From Tubulanus polymorphus (Eukaryota > Animalia > Nemertea), in assembly GCF_964204645.1 (NCBI RefSeq), contig NC_134027.1, positions 18,562,560-18,626,559 of the forward strand: DNA of 64,000 nucleotides, given 5' to 3'. The notes under the pieces are model-generated. The model did no database searches. It was not told where the DNA came from and saw only the letters and a list, made by a program, of their open reading frames with translations. Shown one piece after another: positions 38,146 to 51,699 of this stretch; the stretch's first letter is position 1; each line of letters starts with the position of its first letter. Both the position numbers and the translations under genes were made by a program.

Positions 38146-38736
38146 CGCCATCAGATGTCCAGTCACAACAGCTAAACCAACAGCCAGAGGTCCACATCCT
38201 TTCAAATCATTTCGTTTTGTGTCACATGTCGCAAATACTGTAAACACCAGGATAAAACTGATAAGAAATTCAACCCCGAATCCTTGCGCCGGAGTCATAA
38301 ATGTTGCCAAAACCGTGGCTCCGATCTTCTCACTAACTTGATAAGGAGTCACCCCTCTAAGAATCCCAGCACCGACAATAGCTCCCCCGCATTGAGCAAA
38401 CATATACAACATTGTTCGAGCAATACTGATTTTACCAGTAACAACCATGGCCACTGATACTGCTGGGTTAATGTGTCCACCACTTGCGTTTCCCAAACAC
38501 CAAATTAATGTTCCAACGGCAAGTCCGAATGCTAACCCAATCTGAACGGGCGATGAGTTTTCTTTGGTCCAACTGATGCATGAACCACAACCGATAAATG
38601 TTAGGAACATCGTTCCCAAACATTCAGCGACGCAGCCCCTCCAGAAAACCGGGCTGCGTAAATCATCCAAACTGGTGGCCATAGCTGAATTCAGAAATTG
38701 TCTGACTCTAGCCGTGATCGTGTCCAACGCCGACAT
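38146..38736 (-). CDS. AQP4: Aquaporin, AQP4-like water channel, coding exon 1 (197 codons, TM1-TM5)
   Basis: FWRGCVAECLGT, SGGHINPAVS (first NPA), VEFLISFILVFTVFA, GLAVVTGHL. Donor ATGGCG|GTAAG at 38146. ATG at 38736, second in-frame ATG at codon 19. The symbol means AQP4-like; orthology is not tested. Confidence 0.93.
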
Positions 38737-41179
38737 ACCAGTAACACTGAAACGCGAGCGATTGAAAGTAGAGTTGTGCTGCAAGGGAATCCACACGCGA
38801 AGCAATTCTCTGTGCGCGTACGTGCGTCACTATCCGAAACCTACAGTAACTGGAAACTGAACGACTTGATTCCCCGAGCAGCAGACAATTTGACACCGCT
38901 ACCCTAATGCCAGCTGCTACTGCATGTTACCTCCGGATCGCGTAGTCATATCAGCAACATGTTCCACGGTTACATATTACAACACTATAAAGCTTATTGA
39001 ATATTTCTGAATTAATAATCCTTGCTTCACAAACAAACTACCATCTCCACTTCCAACATTCACCGACGCAAGAACGTAGACTCTCGTATTCTTTAATCGA
39101 TCATTTAAATATAACCTTCTGGTAATGACTGTCACTAGAATATTTAGAATAATTTTTACTCAAAGACCTGTGCCTTTCATGATATTAAATATCGGACTAC
39201 AGAAGAATCACACATTACCCGTATATACATTTATTTTTGCACATGAGATCGTTTTCTATTGGCGTCTAGAAATTCTATCTATCCATATAAAACAGATGTT
39301 ACCCGATAGAATAACTGTAGTATATACCACTGTAACTCTAATCGTACAGACCCGGGATTTTATCTCGGTTGTCGTATGTCCACCGACGGAAGTTCATTGT
39401 CCCCTAATCTTTATTCGGGATTAATTAGAAAATTTAAATGAAATGTAGATTTATTATCAATTTTGGGTTTACATGAAATGGCTAACAGAGCAGATAATGT
39501 ACATATGTAGAAGTCTATTGTTGGAATTGTTGCTAGTTACTGTGAATAAATTTTGAAACATTATTTAGCATTTGAATGTTAGTATGAAGGTCGAAAAGGA
39601 GATGTTGCCGTTTAGTAAGAAGTTAATGTTATTGGTTTCAGTGAGATTGGAAATTTGATTAGTTATTCTATTGTTGAATGAGGAAAACAGGGCGTAGATT
39701 TCTGTTTTGTGGCCAGGTGACTGGCAGTTAAACAGGAAGTGTTTTGTTTTAGCTGGTTTGTTACATTATTTGCATGATGGATTACAGACATTGATAAAGT
39801 TGTGAGCATAAACTTGAGATTTTGAGAGGATGTCGCACGTAATCGGCCGAGTGAAAGTTCTTCCTCGCGGTTTATGTCCTTTCATTGTGTCTACTCCGCA
39901 CGCAGTGCGGTGTATGAATGGGTGATGGATTTCGCTATTACACCGCACCCAGGCGCGGATCCAGGGCCATATAGTGACTACAGCACAGTGAAAAAAGGGC
40001 ACCAACTTTGAAAAGGGCCAGTATTAATGCCCAGCGAGCGAGTTTGAGTGCCATTTATTGGTATCATGCACTCAAAGGGTTAACTTAATCAAATTGGTTG
40101 GAACCAGGGCCGGCGGAAGGTATAGACTATCGTACGGCCATCCCCGCCCCCAACCGTACCTTAGAGGCAGAAGTGCGTAGCGCGCTCTGGCTCGTCGCAA
40201 TTAATAATTGCGCGGTAAATCTTGAAAAATTGACTTATGATACGCATTCTGGGAGCATTTCAGAATGCATTTTAATAGTCAATTTTGTTTCCATCAAGCC
40301 TCAATAGCGGTGTCCCGAGGTCAAAATTTGTCGGTTCTATAGCGACACATCAAGAGTACTAATTGTCATGGCCGCCATTGGCATTGTGGCGATTTGTTGG
40401 GGAGATACTTGAAGGTGGTTAAAATTAGGTTAAAATTATAATTAGAAATCTATAGACACAGAACCTGCTTTTTTATATCGTTATGAAACAATGTACAAGA
40501 TTGGGATATGCAAACTTGAAAGTATCGTTAACAGGATTATCTTGAGCTGTTCAATTTCCACGTACGTTTTCGCGCAAAAATAGCATGACCACCGCGTGGA
40601 TTTTTACTAGACTGGTACCCGGTATATTCATTAGACGGATCCCGGTGTACTACATCGTGACGCATTGGCGTTGATGGTGTCATCAACGACGACGACGGCA
40701 CTGGGCCCAGCCTATGTTTACACAGAAAACAAAAACAACATAGATAGACCTGTGGTCGTCAACGCGCCGTAGTGCCCTGTTTCATCCCTTGTGATTTTAT
40801 ATAGAGAGTCACGACCGTCCGATAATGATCCTTAACGACCAATCTTTTATCGGAACTTTATAGCGGATAAATAAACAATATGAACACAAGGTATTTCCGT
40901 GATATTTTGAATTCATTCACAGTTCATATTTAGCGCCATTCTTACCGTATAGAATTATTACACAAATTGAAAACCTACGAATTGGGAATTCTGAATTCAC
41001 TCCTATAGAGAACATTTTAAGACAAGTTTGAAAGATATACTCGAATCGTGAATTAAGCGTCACATTTTGGGGTTTTTAGTGGCCCCCCTGGTTGTTGTGC
41101 ACAATAGCAGAACTTAATAATTGCCTTTTTGGAGTCTCCTGTCATAGATGCAGATATTCCAGCCCTCAAACCTTTTTTA

Positions 41180-41960
41180 CTCGAGATGTGAAACAAATGT
41201 TTCTGGGCTCCCAGACTGTAACGAATGGGGGGGGGGATCCAAGGAAGTCTCAGATTCTGCCCATACAGAATAAGCGTAGCTATCTCTAAACTATCGGCAA
41301 CTCTATCCTCAAACAGATTGCCAGCTCTCCATACCTTGGCGTCCAGATTACTGATAACCTCAAATGACATACCCATATTAACAAAATCACTAGTAGAGCC
41401 AATTGAACATTAGAATTTCTTCGCCATAACCTAAGGTTTTCACAAGAACAGAAACATACAGCCTACATTGCTTTGATTCGCTCAATTCTCAAATATTGAT
41501 CTGTTGTATAGCCTAGGATCCATACAGGAAATCGGACATCGAGCAGTTGGAAAAAATCCACCAGAGCACCGCCAGGTTCATCCTCAACGACTAGCGCTCT
41601 AGAACACCGGGATGCATAACCGAAATGTTAGAAACCGTCGACTTACCAAGCCCAGCTACACGGTGGAGGAACCAGCGCCTATCACTTATGTATGAGATAG
41701 TGGAGGGGTCAGCCCTGGCTTTGCCATATACAGACCAGGTCGAAAGGGCAAAAACTCACTCAGACTTTGTACAATCGAATGTCGTAATCAGATCAGCCAG
41801 AAACAACAGTATATCATTCAAAGTACCGAGTGCAAAAACCAATCACTAAGAACATTCTTTCTTTTTGTGAACCATTATCGACTGGAATAACCTTGAGGAA
41901 GTACTCGTCCAGTCAGAGTCGGTCGAGCAGTTTAAAGCTGTCATCGACCCGCGTGTGCGA
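41180..41960 (+). mobile_element. CR1/L2-group LINE 3' RT fragment, decayed
   Basis: Reads SSPYLGVQITDNLK*HTHINKITSRAN*TLEFLRHNL...AYIALIRSILKY...DPYRKSDIEQLEKIH..ARFI, with stops and frameshifts. Confidence 0.8.
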
Positions 41961-43133
41961 CACTAACTCCGACACCATCGCGGCATCCATAGCGCCTCAT
42001 AAGGACCACAAGCAGCCTAATAATTACAGAAACAGATAGTGGGATTGGAAGCCAGTGCCTTGTCTGACACCGGGTATCCCCAAGGGAAAACCCGCTTACT
42101 ATTCATAGTGAAAGTGAAGAAATTACGTTTAAAAATTTTTTCACGAATCCGTGATTCCGCGGTATGATCATCCTCGCTTGCCAGGGGTCCGGTGTCACTC
42201 CCGAACTCGCTTCCACCTGCCCCCTGGCCTCACGAAGCGTGATTTCATTACTGGCGCTATTGCGCATGACGTCTTATGTCGATTTGCGAAATACTTCCTT
42301 GTTCAGTAAAACATTCGTTGATTGGTCTATTTAACGGTAAAACCAATAGAAACCTAAAGTCGTTTGTTACAAGCGCTGTGATTGGTACGACCGGATTCTG
42401 GTCGGCTAGTAACGACTCCAACGACTCGTGAGGTCAAGGGGTTCGACATGATAACACCACAAAATGAATACTCTTCTTAAAACATTTTCGGAGTAGGATG
42501 GGAAGTTTTTTTGAATTAGTCAACGTCAACGTGAATATCACATCTTGAATGTGAATCTCACCACAATCGATAGGCTTCTTGAGCTAGCCTATATACCATA
42601 CACTGAGTCAAAATGTGTAATACTTTTGAAAATTCATTAGAAGTACCTCGAAGATAGTTACTATTCTGTTTATTTTATAAGGATAGTTTTGCGGTGTTCA
42701 TCCCGAAACATTTATGGGAAACACAACTACACGTCCCTTCATTAACATATTTAGTGCTCGAAACCCAGGCCCGTGCCGAGTTTTTTTGAGGGCAGTACTA
42801 TGGAAAAAGGGCACTTTTTACCATAAAAAGGTGCCATTTCTTATTGAAAAAGGGTAGATCTTAAATATGAAGTACCCGGGTACTTGAATAAATCATTTGA
42901 GAATGGATTACTTATCATTTCCCAAAAAACTATTTTGTATCCAAATTTCGAAAAAATCTTGACCCAAATCTTTTGGGCTGACTTTTCGAAGGGCAGTTTG
43001 AAAATTCTAGGGGCTACACCCGATATCCCAATCGGCAAGGGCCTGAAACTAATCTGTCCAGGACAAAGGATGAACTAAGTTTTTGATCATCGTTATATAT
43101 TTATTCAACTTAGGGCATACAATATGCAACAAT

Positions 43134-43763
43134 CTATTTGTTTTCTTTTTCATAGTATTTCTTAATATCATCAGGAAATGACCAATCAACCGGTTTATCA
43201 TAACCCATCATATGTTTATATACTTCAATATCCCGAAAGAAATTCATGTCCATAAACAGAGGTCGACCTTTGGCAATGGCTGTCGTGAATAATCCAGGAA
43301 TTTCTGGAACTTTGACATCTTCAGCTCTAAATTTAGTTGTCATTGTTCGCATGAAAAATGTCACGGTAAGCGCAGTGAATTCACCAGTATCTCGCTTCAA
43401 ATATAATTGTGTAACGTATTTCTTTGTTATCCAGTGAAGAAGGATTGGAGTACCAAGAATGAAAAAACTGCATATGCCTCCGAAAAGCACAGTAAATTTG
43501 CCCAATTGATCAGCATTTAGGAGAATGTACGGTTGTAAACTGAGTCCCAAAATACTCGTTGATAATGAGAAAAATTTCACACCTCTAACCATTGAAGCGA
43601 TTCCACCTTCGTAAACAAGTTCTCCATACTTATCATCGATAATTAGAGGTACGCTCGATGAAGGCTTATCAACGCAATATCTACGATATGTGATTTTCTT
43701 TGTGGATACAAATCTGTCACCTGCTGGAGCTATGGATCCTGCCCCCACTGAAGTCACATGTCT
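43134..43763 (-). CDS. TMEM70: TMEM70, mitochondrial ATP synthase/complex I assembly factor, main exon
   Basis: Characteristic TMEM70 motifs LVYEG..VRGVKFFSLSTS, TPILLHWITKKYV, DVKVPEIPGLFTT..KGRPLF, YKHMMGYDKP. Acceptor TTTTTAG|AGA at 43763 (phase 0). Confidence 0.92.
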   Translation of the reverse strand, partial: RHVTSVGAGSIAPAGDRFVSTKKITYRRYCVDKPSSSVPLIIDDKYGELVYEGGIASMVRGVKFFSLSTSILGLSLQPYILLNADQLGKFTVLFGGICSFFILGTPILLHWITKKYVTQLYLKRDTGEFTALTVTFFMRTMTTKFRAEDVKVPEIPGLFTTAIAKGRPLFMDMNFFRDIEVYKHMMGYDKPVDWSFPDDIKKYYEKENK

Positions 43764-44699
43764 CTAAAAATAGACAAAATAAAAACAAAAATCAAACTTC
43801 AATAAACAGTCAAAATCCATTTAATTTGGATCAGTTTAATTGGGATTTTGATCTGATTCTGATGCACAGTAGACACTTATGTATATTTATCCTGGAGTCA
43901 GTTGCCTCAGATTCAGCACACATGCCCAGGACTAAGTATTACAATTTTTTTTATTCCAAACTAGCAAATACTCGATGGACCTGATGGATTTAAGCCAGAG
44001 GTCAAACTTTTCGATTTATTTGATAATGTACATGTATGAATAGTATGCATTAAGTGATCTCCGGTTCCCGTAGTAGTAAGTTACCTAATCGTTGGTGTTA
44101 CTTGTAAGCTTTAAAGGGGTCATGAAGAGGTTTTTGAGATGGGATGGAGATGACTGATATAGACATCGCAGATATTTCTATTATCCAGTGCTGGACCATA
44201 AAAGCGTCCTGAAACCATAAGCTTGTCCGTGTAGTATCCCAGCCCAGCCTGTGCCGTCCCGTAAAATAGTAATATGTGCTGCATACGTACAGTCAGTAGG
44301 CTATGTTGTACACACTACAGCAATGTGGGTCACTGGGGAAAGCCAGTACTATATGCGCTGTAGGAACCGTATAAAACAATGCTGATTTATGAGAAAAAAT
44401 ATGTTCCCTTAGCTACTGCGACTGATGTCATTGAGTCATGTTTTGGGTTTATCGGGGGGGGGGGGGGGGCACTGTAATTGTTTTCATAAGAGAGGGTTTT
44501 CCCACCTGTATGTTTTCATCTGTTGCATTGCTCATGCTATTAAAAGCTATCCTGTATATTATATGCAAAATTCCGATGATACATGAAGCAGGCCTAACCT
44601 CCTAGGTTGAATTTGGGTCACCCAAATCTGTAGTCAAAACACTAACAAACTTCGCCAGCTGATGCTCACAGCATGCGATCGTTTGTGTTGACCTGTGTT

Positions 44700-44880
44700 T
44701 GGTCCCCTAACCCTTAACTCTAAACATAACCCTAACCTTCTGGTCCCAGTTCCGCAGTTGTGAGTTACAGTTAACTCTGAGTTAAAGTTACTTCATTTTC
44801 AATGAGTTAACTCAGAGTCAAATTTTAACTCAGAACTGTGGAACTGGACCCTGGACCCTAACTCTATCGAAACCCTAAAG
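44700..44880. repeat. Palindromic MITE (CCAGTTCC.CAGTT..GAGTTA) embedded in degenerate (TAACCC)n
   Basis: Inverted arms at ~44740-44852, flanked by CCTAACCC-like units. Confidence 0.65.
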
Positions 44881-47059
44881 TGAAGTCTAAGCATCAGGTT
44901 AAGTACTTTTGCATAGCCAAGACATTTTAAAATGACTTTGAGCACGGATTCTCCCTCCTCCCATTCTGCAAAATTCATTAAATCTAAAAAAATTCTTTTA
45001 GTCCTTCATGTTTTCACCAGAAAAACATTTTGTAACCGGCATGACTTACAATCGGGCAACTCTGTGAATTCCTCAGTTTTGGGATTTACCAAATGCAGAT
45101 ATTTTTTTAATTTCTCGTAATTCCTAGATCACAATATCCACCCCGTTGTCGTGTTCATGACTCACTACTCGCTACCATCGTACCATCTCTAAATACTTTA
45201 AGGTCCGACCAGCCAGCCAGGGCTGGTCGCCAGATAAACATCCAGACAGCAGGCTCCATTAACGCTACGCTTAGACTTAACCAGAAAGAAACTTTCCATG
45301 ATGGGTTTCTGTGTAATTGTTTCTGTTTCATTCACCGAACTCGCTGTCAAAAAGGCGATTCTCGATATAAATAGTAATGGGTTTTCCCCGCGGGATACCC
45401 GCTTTGGGAAAGGCACCTGAATCGATGCTACGAGTTCGAATCCCAATATTTAGACGTAATTTATTATTCTTTGAAATAAATTCTTAGAATTTCTATTTAT
45501 GATAGGATGTGCAGGTTTTGATTTGGTAATGATGTTAATAAATGTTAACCTCTTAAGGTATTGTTTCCTATCTATTATTTGTGACGGATTAGTTTCGATG
45601 CTCCTCACAACCCGCCCCACCACGCGTCACTTATTCACGGACACGCGGATTGTATCATTTGTAATAGGCCTACCACATGAAAGAGTCCATGGCCTACCGT
45701 AGAATAGTAGGGCCTACCGATCACGCTATGTGCGATGAAAGTAGTGTTTGAATAAAACAAATTTTTAATGAAATAAACATTATTTATCATAATTAATCAA
45801 TAGATCAGGTGCCGCCTAAATAATTGTTTGTTTCGTGAAATTTGTACAAAACTTTGCGACTTCGTCATGTCTTGTGACCCTGAAAATACTAGAAGAATCA
45901 TCGGTAAGCTTATAAAACGGGGAGGTCAACATAGTAACAACAACTTCGGGGATTGAAAAAAAAAACTCGAAAGAATTATTTCTTATACTGATGAGTTATA
46001 CTGATGGGGAGTAGCGACCGTCATTGACACCGATTATTTATCCATTCACTATCAAATGTGACGAGCCCAATAAATGATTGCACATAGATTCGGCCTCTCA
46101 GCATTTAGCACAGCAGTTCCGAGAAGTGTTAAGGTGCTAGTACGATCAATATCTACAGGTATATACGTGTTCAGTATTACACAGCGAGTACCAGTATGTT
46201 GATCGAGCGTCGTCGTAGCAACGCGCTATACAGCGGCTTGAACTAGCGAGTAACGTTAATTATCTTTTAACCAAATTAGAACACTTATAACCATCGGAAT
46301 CAAATATAAAACAAGCTGCACCATCTACATCAAGTAGAGAATACCTGTGTGAAATAACAGAATTGTCGGTCCACACAAACAGCTTAAATCGTGTCATAAA
46401 GAAACATCCACAGACGGACAGACAGACAGACAGACATGACGACGATGCCATAGATGGGTTCGTCTGACGACGAAACCCATCAAAAACTAAGGTCAGTTGA
46501 CATAGTGACAATGGGGTAGGCCTACCCGCAGTGCTACTGTGGCAATCGAGGATTCCACATACATATGGCAGGCGAAGATCCGCCAGGTTCGCTAGTAGAT
46601 AGTTGGTCGTCCGCGTTCAATTTCCTTCTACATTTCAATTAAATTAGAATGTACTTTTCTCTCAAATTAATCAATTTATGAAAACTATAGGCGGCCTACC
46701 GATATCCGAGTAGAAGAATGCAAGTATCGTATATTGTTTGGTTGGTGTTGTGATAATATATGGATTGAGGAGTCTAATAAAGGTCCAATGGCCCTGTGGC
46801 TCACCATCAAATCATTGAGTGTGTATTGTCAAAAATATTATACTAACTATAAATTAATTTGGATTACAATCGAATGTAGAATAGATTACCAAACTCTTCA
46901 AACAACAATCTTTTATTCTAAATCTAATCACTTCATTAATTCTTAGCCCCTTATTAAACGATTAATACATACAAGATATCATTATACTCGCAATTTCCAG
47001 ATTTTATCATCCTTGAATTAAATTAAAATACGCGCCCAACGCACGACTTCTGAAACGAC

Positions 47060-47225
47060 ATTACGAATTACGTTTTACAAATTACGTTTTCCGAATTACG
47101 AGTTACGTTTTACAAATTACGAGTTGGGTTAACGATTTACCATATGAGCTCACTGCATGTCGTATGTCGCGCGAGGTCAAGGTCTTATACAATTACGTTT
47201 TACGAATTATGTTTTACGAACGTTT
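47060..47225 (+). repeat. Short tandem repeat of TTACGAATTACGTTTTAC-type units
   Basis: Directly visible. Confidence 0.7.
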
Positions 47226-48467
47226 TCCATTGAATTATTGGCTACTGCTTCAAAATTTTTTCGGAAAAATACGGGCTTTGCAATGAAGTCGAATCATGAC
47301 GAAGAATGAATCTGACTGAATTTTTTTTGCATTTCGAAATATATACATGTATATATCCGTGAAATTGAGGGAGTTTCGTACGCATTTTTTATTACAAGTA
47401 ATAATGAGACCAAGGAAGTCAAAAAGTGACTTATGATAATTTCAAATGATTAAAAGTATAGAGATTCAGCCTGCATACGCTCGGATTCATTAATTAATAA
47501 ATTACAAACACTGACACTGTCCTGTTTGGCAAGGGCACGACGATTAAGACAATACAAAACTGGAAATTATTCGGGGTTCATGGAGATAAAATGGAATTGG
47601 ACTCCATATCGGTGCGGTTACAATTGTTCAATTGTAACAAATGAATTGAATAGCCTACTCGGTTATATTCGTAACACCGAACAAATTTTAAGCGAACATA
47701 CGATACCTAGTCGAATGAAATGCTCGCCATTTTGTTTTGGGTTCCACATTGGGTTTTCCCAATGGGCTTTCCCAATTACATCAGAAGATCCCGGAATTTC
47801 GCGTATATCCAACAAACAGCTAATCACATTCAGTGTAGCTCAGGTAACAAGGTCAACTCAGATAAATAGAAGCAAGAAAACTTAGGGGGGTTTACAAAGT
47901 GAGGGCCTGTAGGTCGAAAAGTACATCCAGATGAGTTGCACAAAAAACGGCAACACTTCCCGGAAGGATTGAACTTTTAGGAAGGATAAGTCCCTTAAAA
48001 ATAACTCAATCACTATGGAATTTTTGTAGGCTCGAGAACTCGTTAAGCCAAACCATAACACCAAAAATCAACACTATTGGTTCAATAGCCAATGTTCGTG
48101 CCTTGTTGACACACCGGTACTCTATTCATTTTCAATGAAAACTGCTTCACCAGACCGTTTGCATAGGCAAACCTACGGTTCGCCAAAAATCCAGTTTAAA
48201 GTTCTTTGGAAATGAACAACGAACAACCTACTGCTCGTCACGCCATCTGGTGGGATAACTGGTTTTGCGGGTACCCCATTGAAATTTCATTGGTAGGCTA
48301 AAAAAAATTGATACCTTGTTTCTCAGCTCTGCTGAGCTTAAGTCGACCCAGCTAACCGCCTATCTACCCTGTACATTATTTTAAAAAAATCTTGGTCAAT
48401 TTTACCATAACAGACTTGGCAGCTATAGAAACGAACTGATCACAAATTTGATTATATTCAGGCCCAA

Positions 48468-49542
48468 CAACTAGGGGTACAGGGACACCTTGGGAAGTGG
48501 TTTCAAATGCTCAACAATCTAACAATTTCAATATTCAACGATTTTGTAATTAATGTGTGATGACAAAATAAGCCTCGTAACCAATTTAATATGGAATACT
48601 AAGTTATTCCACTATTCAACGCCTCCTGGTGACCATATGCAAAACCCAATAACCTTGAAACTCACCACAATTATAGAACATGTCATAAACTACAACTTTG
48701 TCATAGATCATGGTAACAAAATATGTCTAGGTACCAATCTAATAAGGAAATACTAAGTTATTCTACTATTCAACGCCCCCCTGGTGACCATATAGAATAA
48801 CTTAGGCCTATGTCCTTAAAACTCCCCACAATCATAGACAATGTCATGAGCTACAACTTTGCAATTGATTGTGGTAACAAAATATGCTTAGGTATCAATA
48901 TAATATGGAAAAATTTTTCCCACCTACGAATGAGTACTGATGACAAGATGGCCGCAAATTGCGTCATAGGCAAATTGGCTGATCAAAAATACCTGTCTCA
49001 GGTAGGCCTATAAAAGATCCCTTTCCAAAGAATACACATCACAAATTGCAATCAGAAATGGCAAACCAGTAGGAAGCTACAGGGCTCAGAATTTGGGCCA
49101 AAATTTACATTTTTCGGCACTAAAAAGGTCATAGGACAGCCATCCTTAGTCTGATCGACCCAATTTTTCTTATGCTGATGGGCCCTTGGGGGATTCATAT
49201 AGGCCTATATCGAAAAAATCAAGGTAATTGATCAAAGCGCCTTCAAAATTTTCCTTAATAAGTTCAAAAATGTGTAACAAGTGCTGATTTTGGCGAACAA
49301 CAACGTCTGCCAGTCGGCCATCTTGATTCTGACAGAGCCAGTTTTTGGGCTGAAGATGTGTCTAGCGTAGATACATGTGTAACCCAAATATCAAGACATT
49401 ACATTGAAGCGTCATCAAAACTTCCCAAAATAACTGGATTCCGTCTATGGACGGACAGACACGGATAGGGCCTAAACGAACGGATGGACAACTGATGAAA
49501 AGTGAATGCATGCTGGGACTCGAGTCCCAAGTGGGCTAAAAA
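48468..49542 (+). mobile_element. DINE-1/HINE-like non-autonomous element (family A) with ~154-bp internal tandem units
   Basis: 5' AACTAGGGGTACAGGGACACC. ~154-bp repeats (TTCAACGCC at 48615 and 48769). (GGAC/AGAC)n tract. Terminal hairpin TGGGACTCGAGTCCCA followed by an A-run. Inverted near-identical copy at 58411-59632. Confidence 0.8.
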
Positions 49543-50682
49543 TGACCTGGCCGCTGCAGAGAAATGAGGTAGCATTCTTGTTTAGCCTTACTAGAAGCGA
49601 GTTTAGCAACTCGGCAAACTCATGTTAGACAGCCGCGTATGATCATGTGGTACAAATCGTATTGCCTTAACCCATTAGCACTCAATTTCTTTATGTAGGC
49701 CTAGTGTTAATTACTCCTCAGAAAAAACCAAGGTAAAATCCAAGTTCGTCATGATACCGAATAGCTCATTTGCTGTTTATTTCCATGCATTTACAAGTTA
49801 GTGTTATTTCGTAGTAAATAGTCTAGGCTTTCATTTCACCAAGTACTTTTAAATCATGACTTAAAACCACCAGAAATCCTACCTAAACCGATCATTACAA
49901 ACCTCACACATCGTTTTCTTATTATTTTATTCATTCGGAGGTTCCTTCATCATAGTCCATGCTTGATGCGATTTGAATACAGAAATAGCAAAAATGACAC
50001 CAAGTTTTCACTTTGAAACTAGGCATTGTAACACTGTAGTTCGTAAGCAACAAAACAACTTGAGTGACGCGTGTCTCATCGCTAAACAGCGCATATGTTG
50101 CTTCACTTCAACTGTTTTTTGAGGTGACTAGTCAAAAAAGTTTTGAGTTACTACGATCGTCAAAAGCTACTTAGGATTAAAAATTTATGCACAAACAATA
50201 GTGAAATTCCATCTGATTACAGAACGGTCAATCTGACTGAGGTAAGTTGATGGTTTTTTTAAGGGGTGAAATAGACGCTCAAAGAAAATTAACCTTATAT
50301 GAGCACTTTCGCCCTCGACGGAACGACGGCTAGGTACTAATGTCTATTTCAACCTGACTTGAAAGCATACAGGGTGGCCTAGCTCAGTCAGTTGTGGTGG
50401 TACATACCTGATTAAAGTCTTATTAGGACGAGAATGCATTGGCAGTCGACCAAAATCATCATTTTTTAATCCATTTGAAACTGTATTGAAGGATATCCAA
50501 AAAATATGCATTGAGAGGGGTTCCTGAGAGAAAAGAGACTCCATGATTTGAAAGTTTAACAATATGTCTCCATGCCTATCAACTGAAATTTTATACGTAG
50601 CTATGGAAACATATTGTTAAACTTTCAAATCATGGAGTCACTTCTCTTCATTTAACCCCTATCAGTGAAGACTTTTTGGATA

Positions 50683-51081
50683 GGAAGTGGCTACTCGTAC
50701 GGACCCGTACGAATAATTCCGTAGGCTATTCGTACGCACCCGTCGGATAACTCTGGAATTATGTGTACGGGAAGGGATAGGGTTAGGGTAAGGTGAGGCT
50801 ATATGTAGTTAAAACATTCGACCTACTGACAGCGAGCTCGGTGGCCTAGTGGTATGATGCTGCGCTAGTAATTTACTGGCCCGGGTTCGAGTCTCGCTCT
50901 ATCCGCTATTTTTCTCTAACTCTATTCTCCACACTTTCCTTGAATTTTCTAAGTCGTGCACCTCTGTACGCCTGCGCGGCGTTAATCGGCCAATCAGCGA
51001 TAGTTATTAGCGTACAGATCCTAGTCCCGTACGAATAGCCTCCAGAGTAATCCGTAAGGGGGCGTACGAGTAGCCACAGCG
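50683..51081. mobile_element. TIR element (GTGGCTACTCGTACG) with 9-bp flanking duplication TTTTGGATA, carrying a tRNA-derived segment
   Basis: Inverted repeats at 50687 and 51063-51077. TTTTGGATA at 50674-50682 and 51082-51090. Internal GGGTTAGGG-like tract. Confidence 0.7.
50834..50913 (+). pseudogene. tRNA-derived (Thr-AGT-like) SINE head or tRNA pseudogene
   Basis: A-box TGGCCTAGTGG, anticodon-loop-like CTAGTAA, B-box GGTTCGAGTC, downstream T-run. The stems do not pair as a full cloverleaf. Confidence 0.6.
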
Positions 51082-51407
51082 TTTTGGATATCCTTCAATA
51101 CAGTTTCCAATGGATTAAAAAATGATGATTTAGGTCGACTGCTTGTCCTTTCTGGTCCCATTAAGACCATTATCAGGTATGTACTACCAAAAATGAGGGA
51201 GCTAGGCCACCCGGAATGCTCTCAAATCAGGTTGAAATAGACATTAGCACTAACTGCCATAACCACTGCGAGACATATTGCACTCTGACTCCGTTATATT
51301 TTTAACAGACTCCCATTTACTTTAAATGCCTTAAATGTTCATCCGCCGGTTATCTAACTTTTGAGCAACTGGCCCCAGGAATTTTGGAAATAACTTTATA
51401 TACTTAC

Positions 51408-51563
51408 AGTGGCTAAAACTGAGTCACAGGTCTTTGAGGAAAAATATCTTCTTGTTATTCGGGAGTTAGTGTTGTTGAGGGCTGTCAGTGTCAGGGCCGT
51501 CATTACACCGCGGCCAGGTACAACAAACGGCAACCTACATAGGCCTATTCTTGCTATGTGCAT
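51408..51563 (-). CDS. TMEM70: TMEM70 coding exon 1: mitochondrial targeting presequence
   Basis: MHIARIGLCRLPFVVPGRGVMTALTLTALNNTNSRITRRYFSSKTCDSVLAT|GTAAGT. Arg-rich, almost no acidic residues, phase 0 matching the 43763 acceptor. The spliced product is 261 aa. Confidence 0.75.
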
Positions 51564-51699
51564 ATTCGATGTTGATATTTTCTAGAACCGACCCATACAT
51601 TAAGTAAGAAAGAATGGAAAATGTGTTTTCTAGGACAATAAATTGTTGATTGAAACTGTACTGGAAGGTGGCAGCACCAGACGGTAGGTTTATTCATTT

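Larger units (their letters stand above)
50336..51250. mobile_element. Fold-back palindromic MITE (~260-bp arms) with a nested insertion
   Basis: The left arm (CTAATGTCTATTTCAACCTGA...) mirrors the right arm (...TCAGGTTGAAATAGACATTAG). Centre near 50597. The right arm is interrupted at 50683-51081. Confidence 0.75.

Noticed and set aside
44085-44208. Exon-like segment (TTTCAG...TAG|GTAAC) in the TMEM70 intron
   Set aside because: It has stops in all three frames. The 51408-51563 exon joins the main exon in frame without it.
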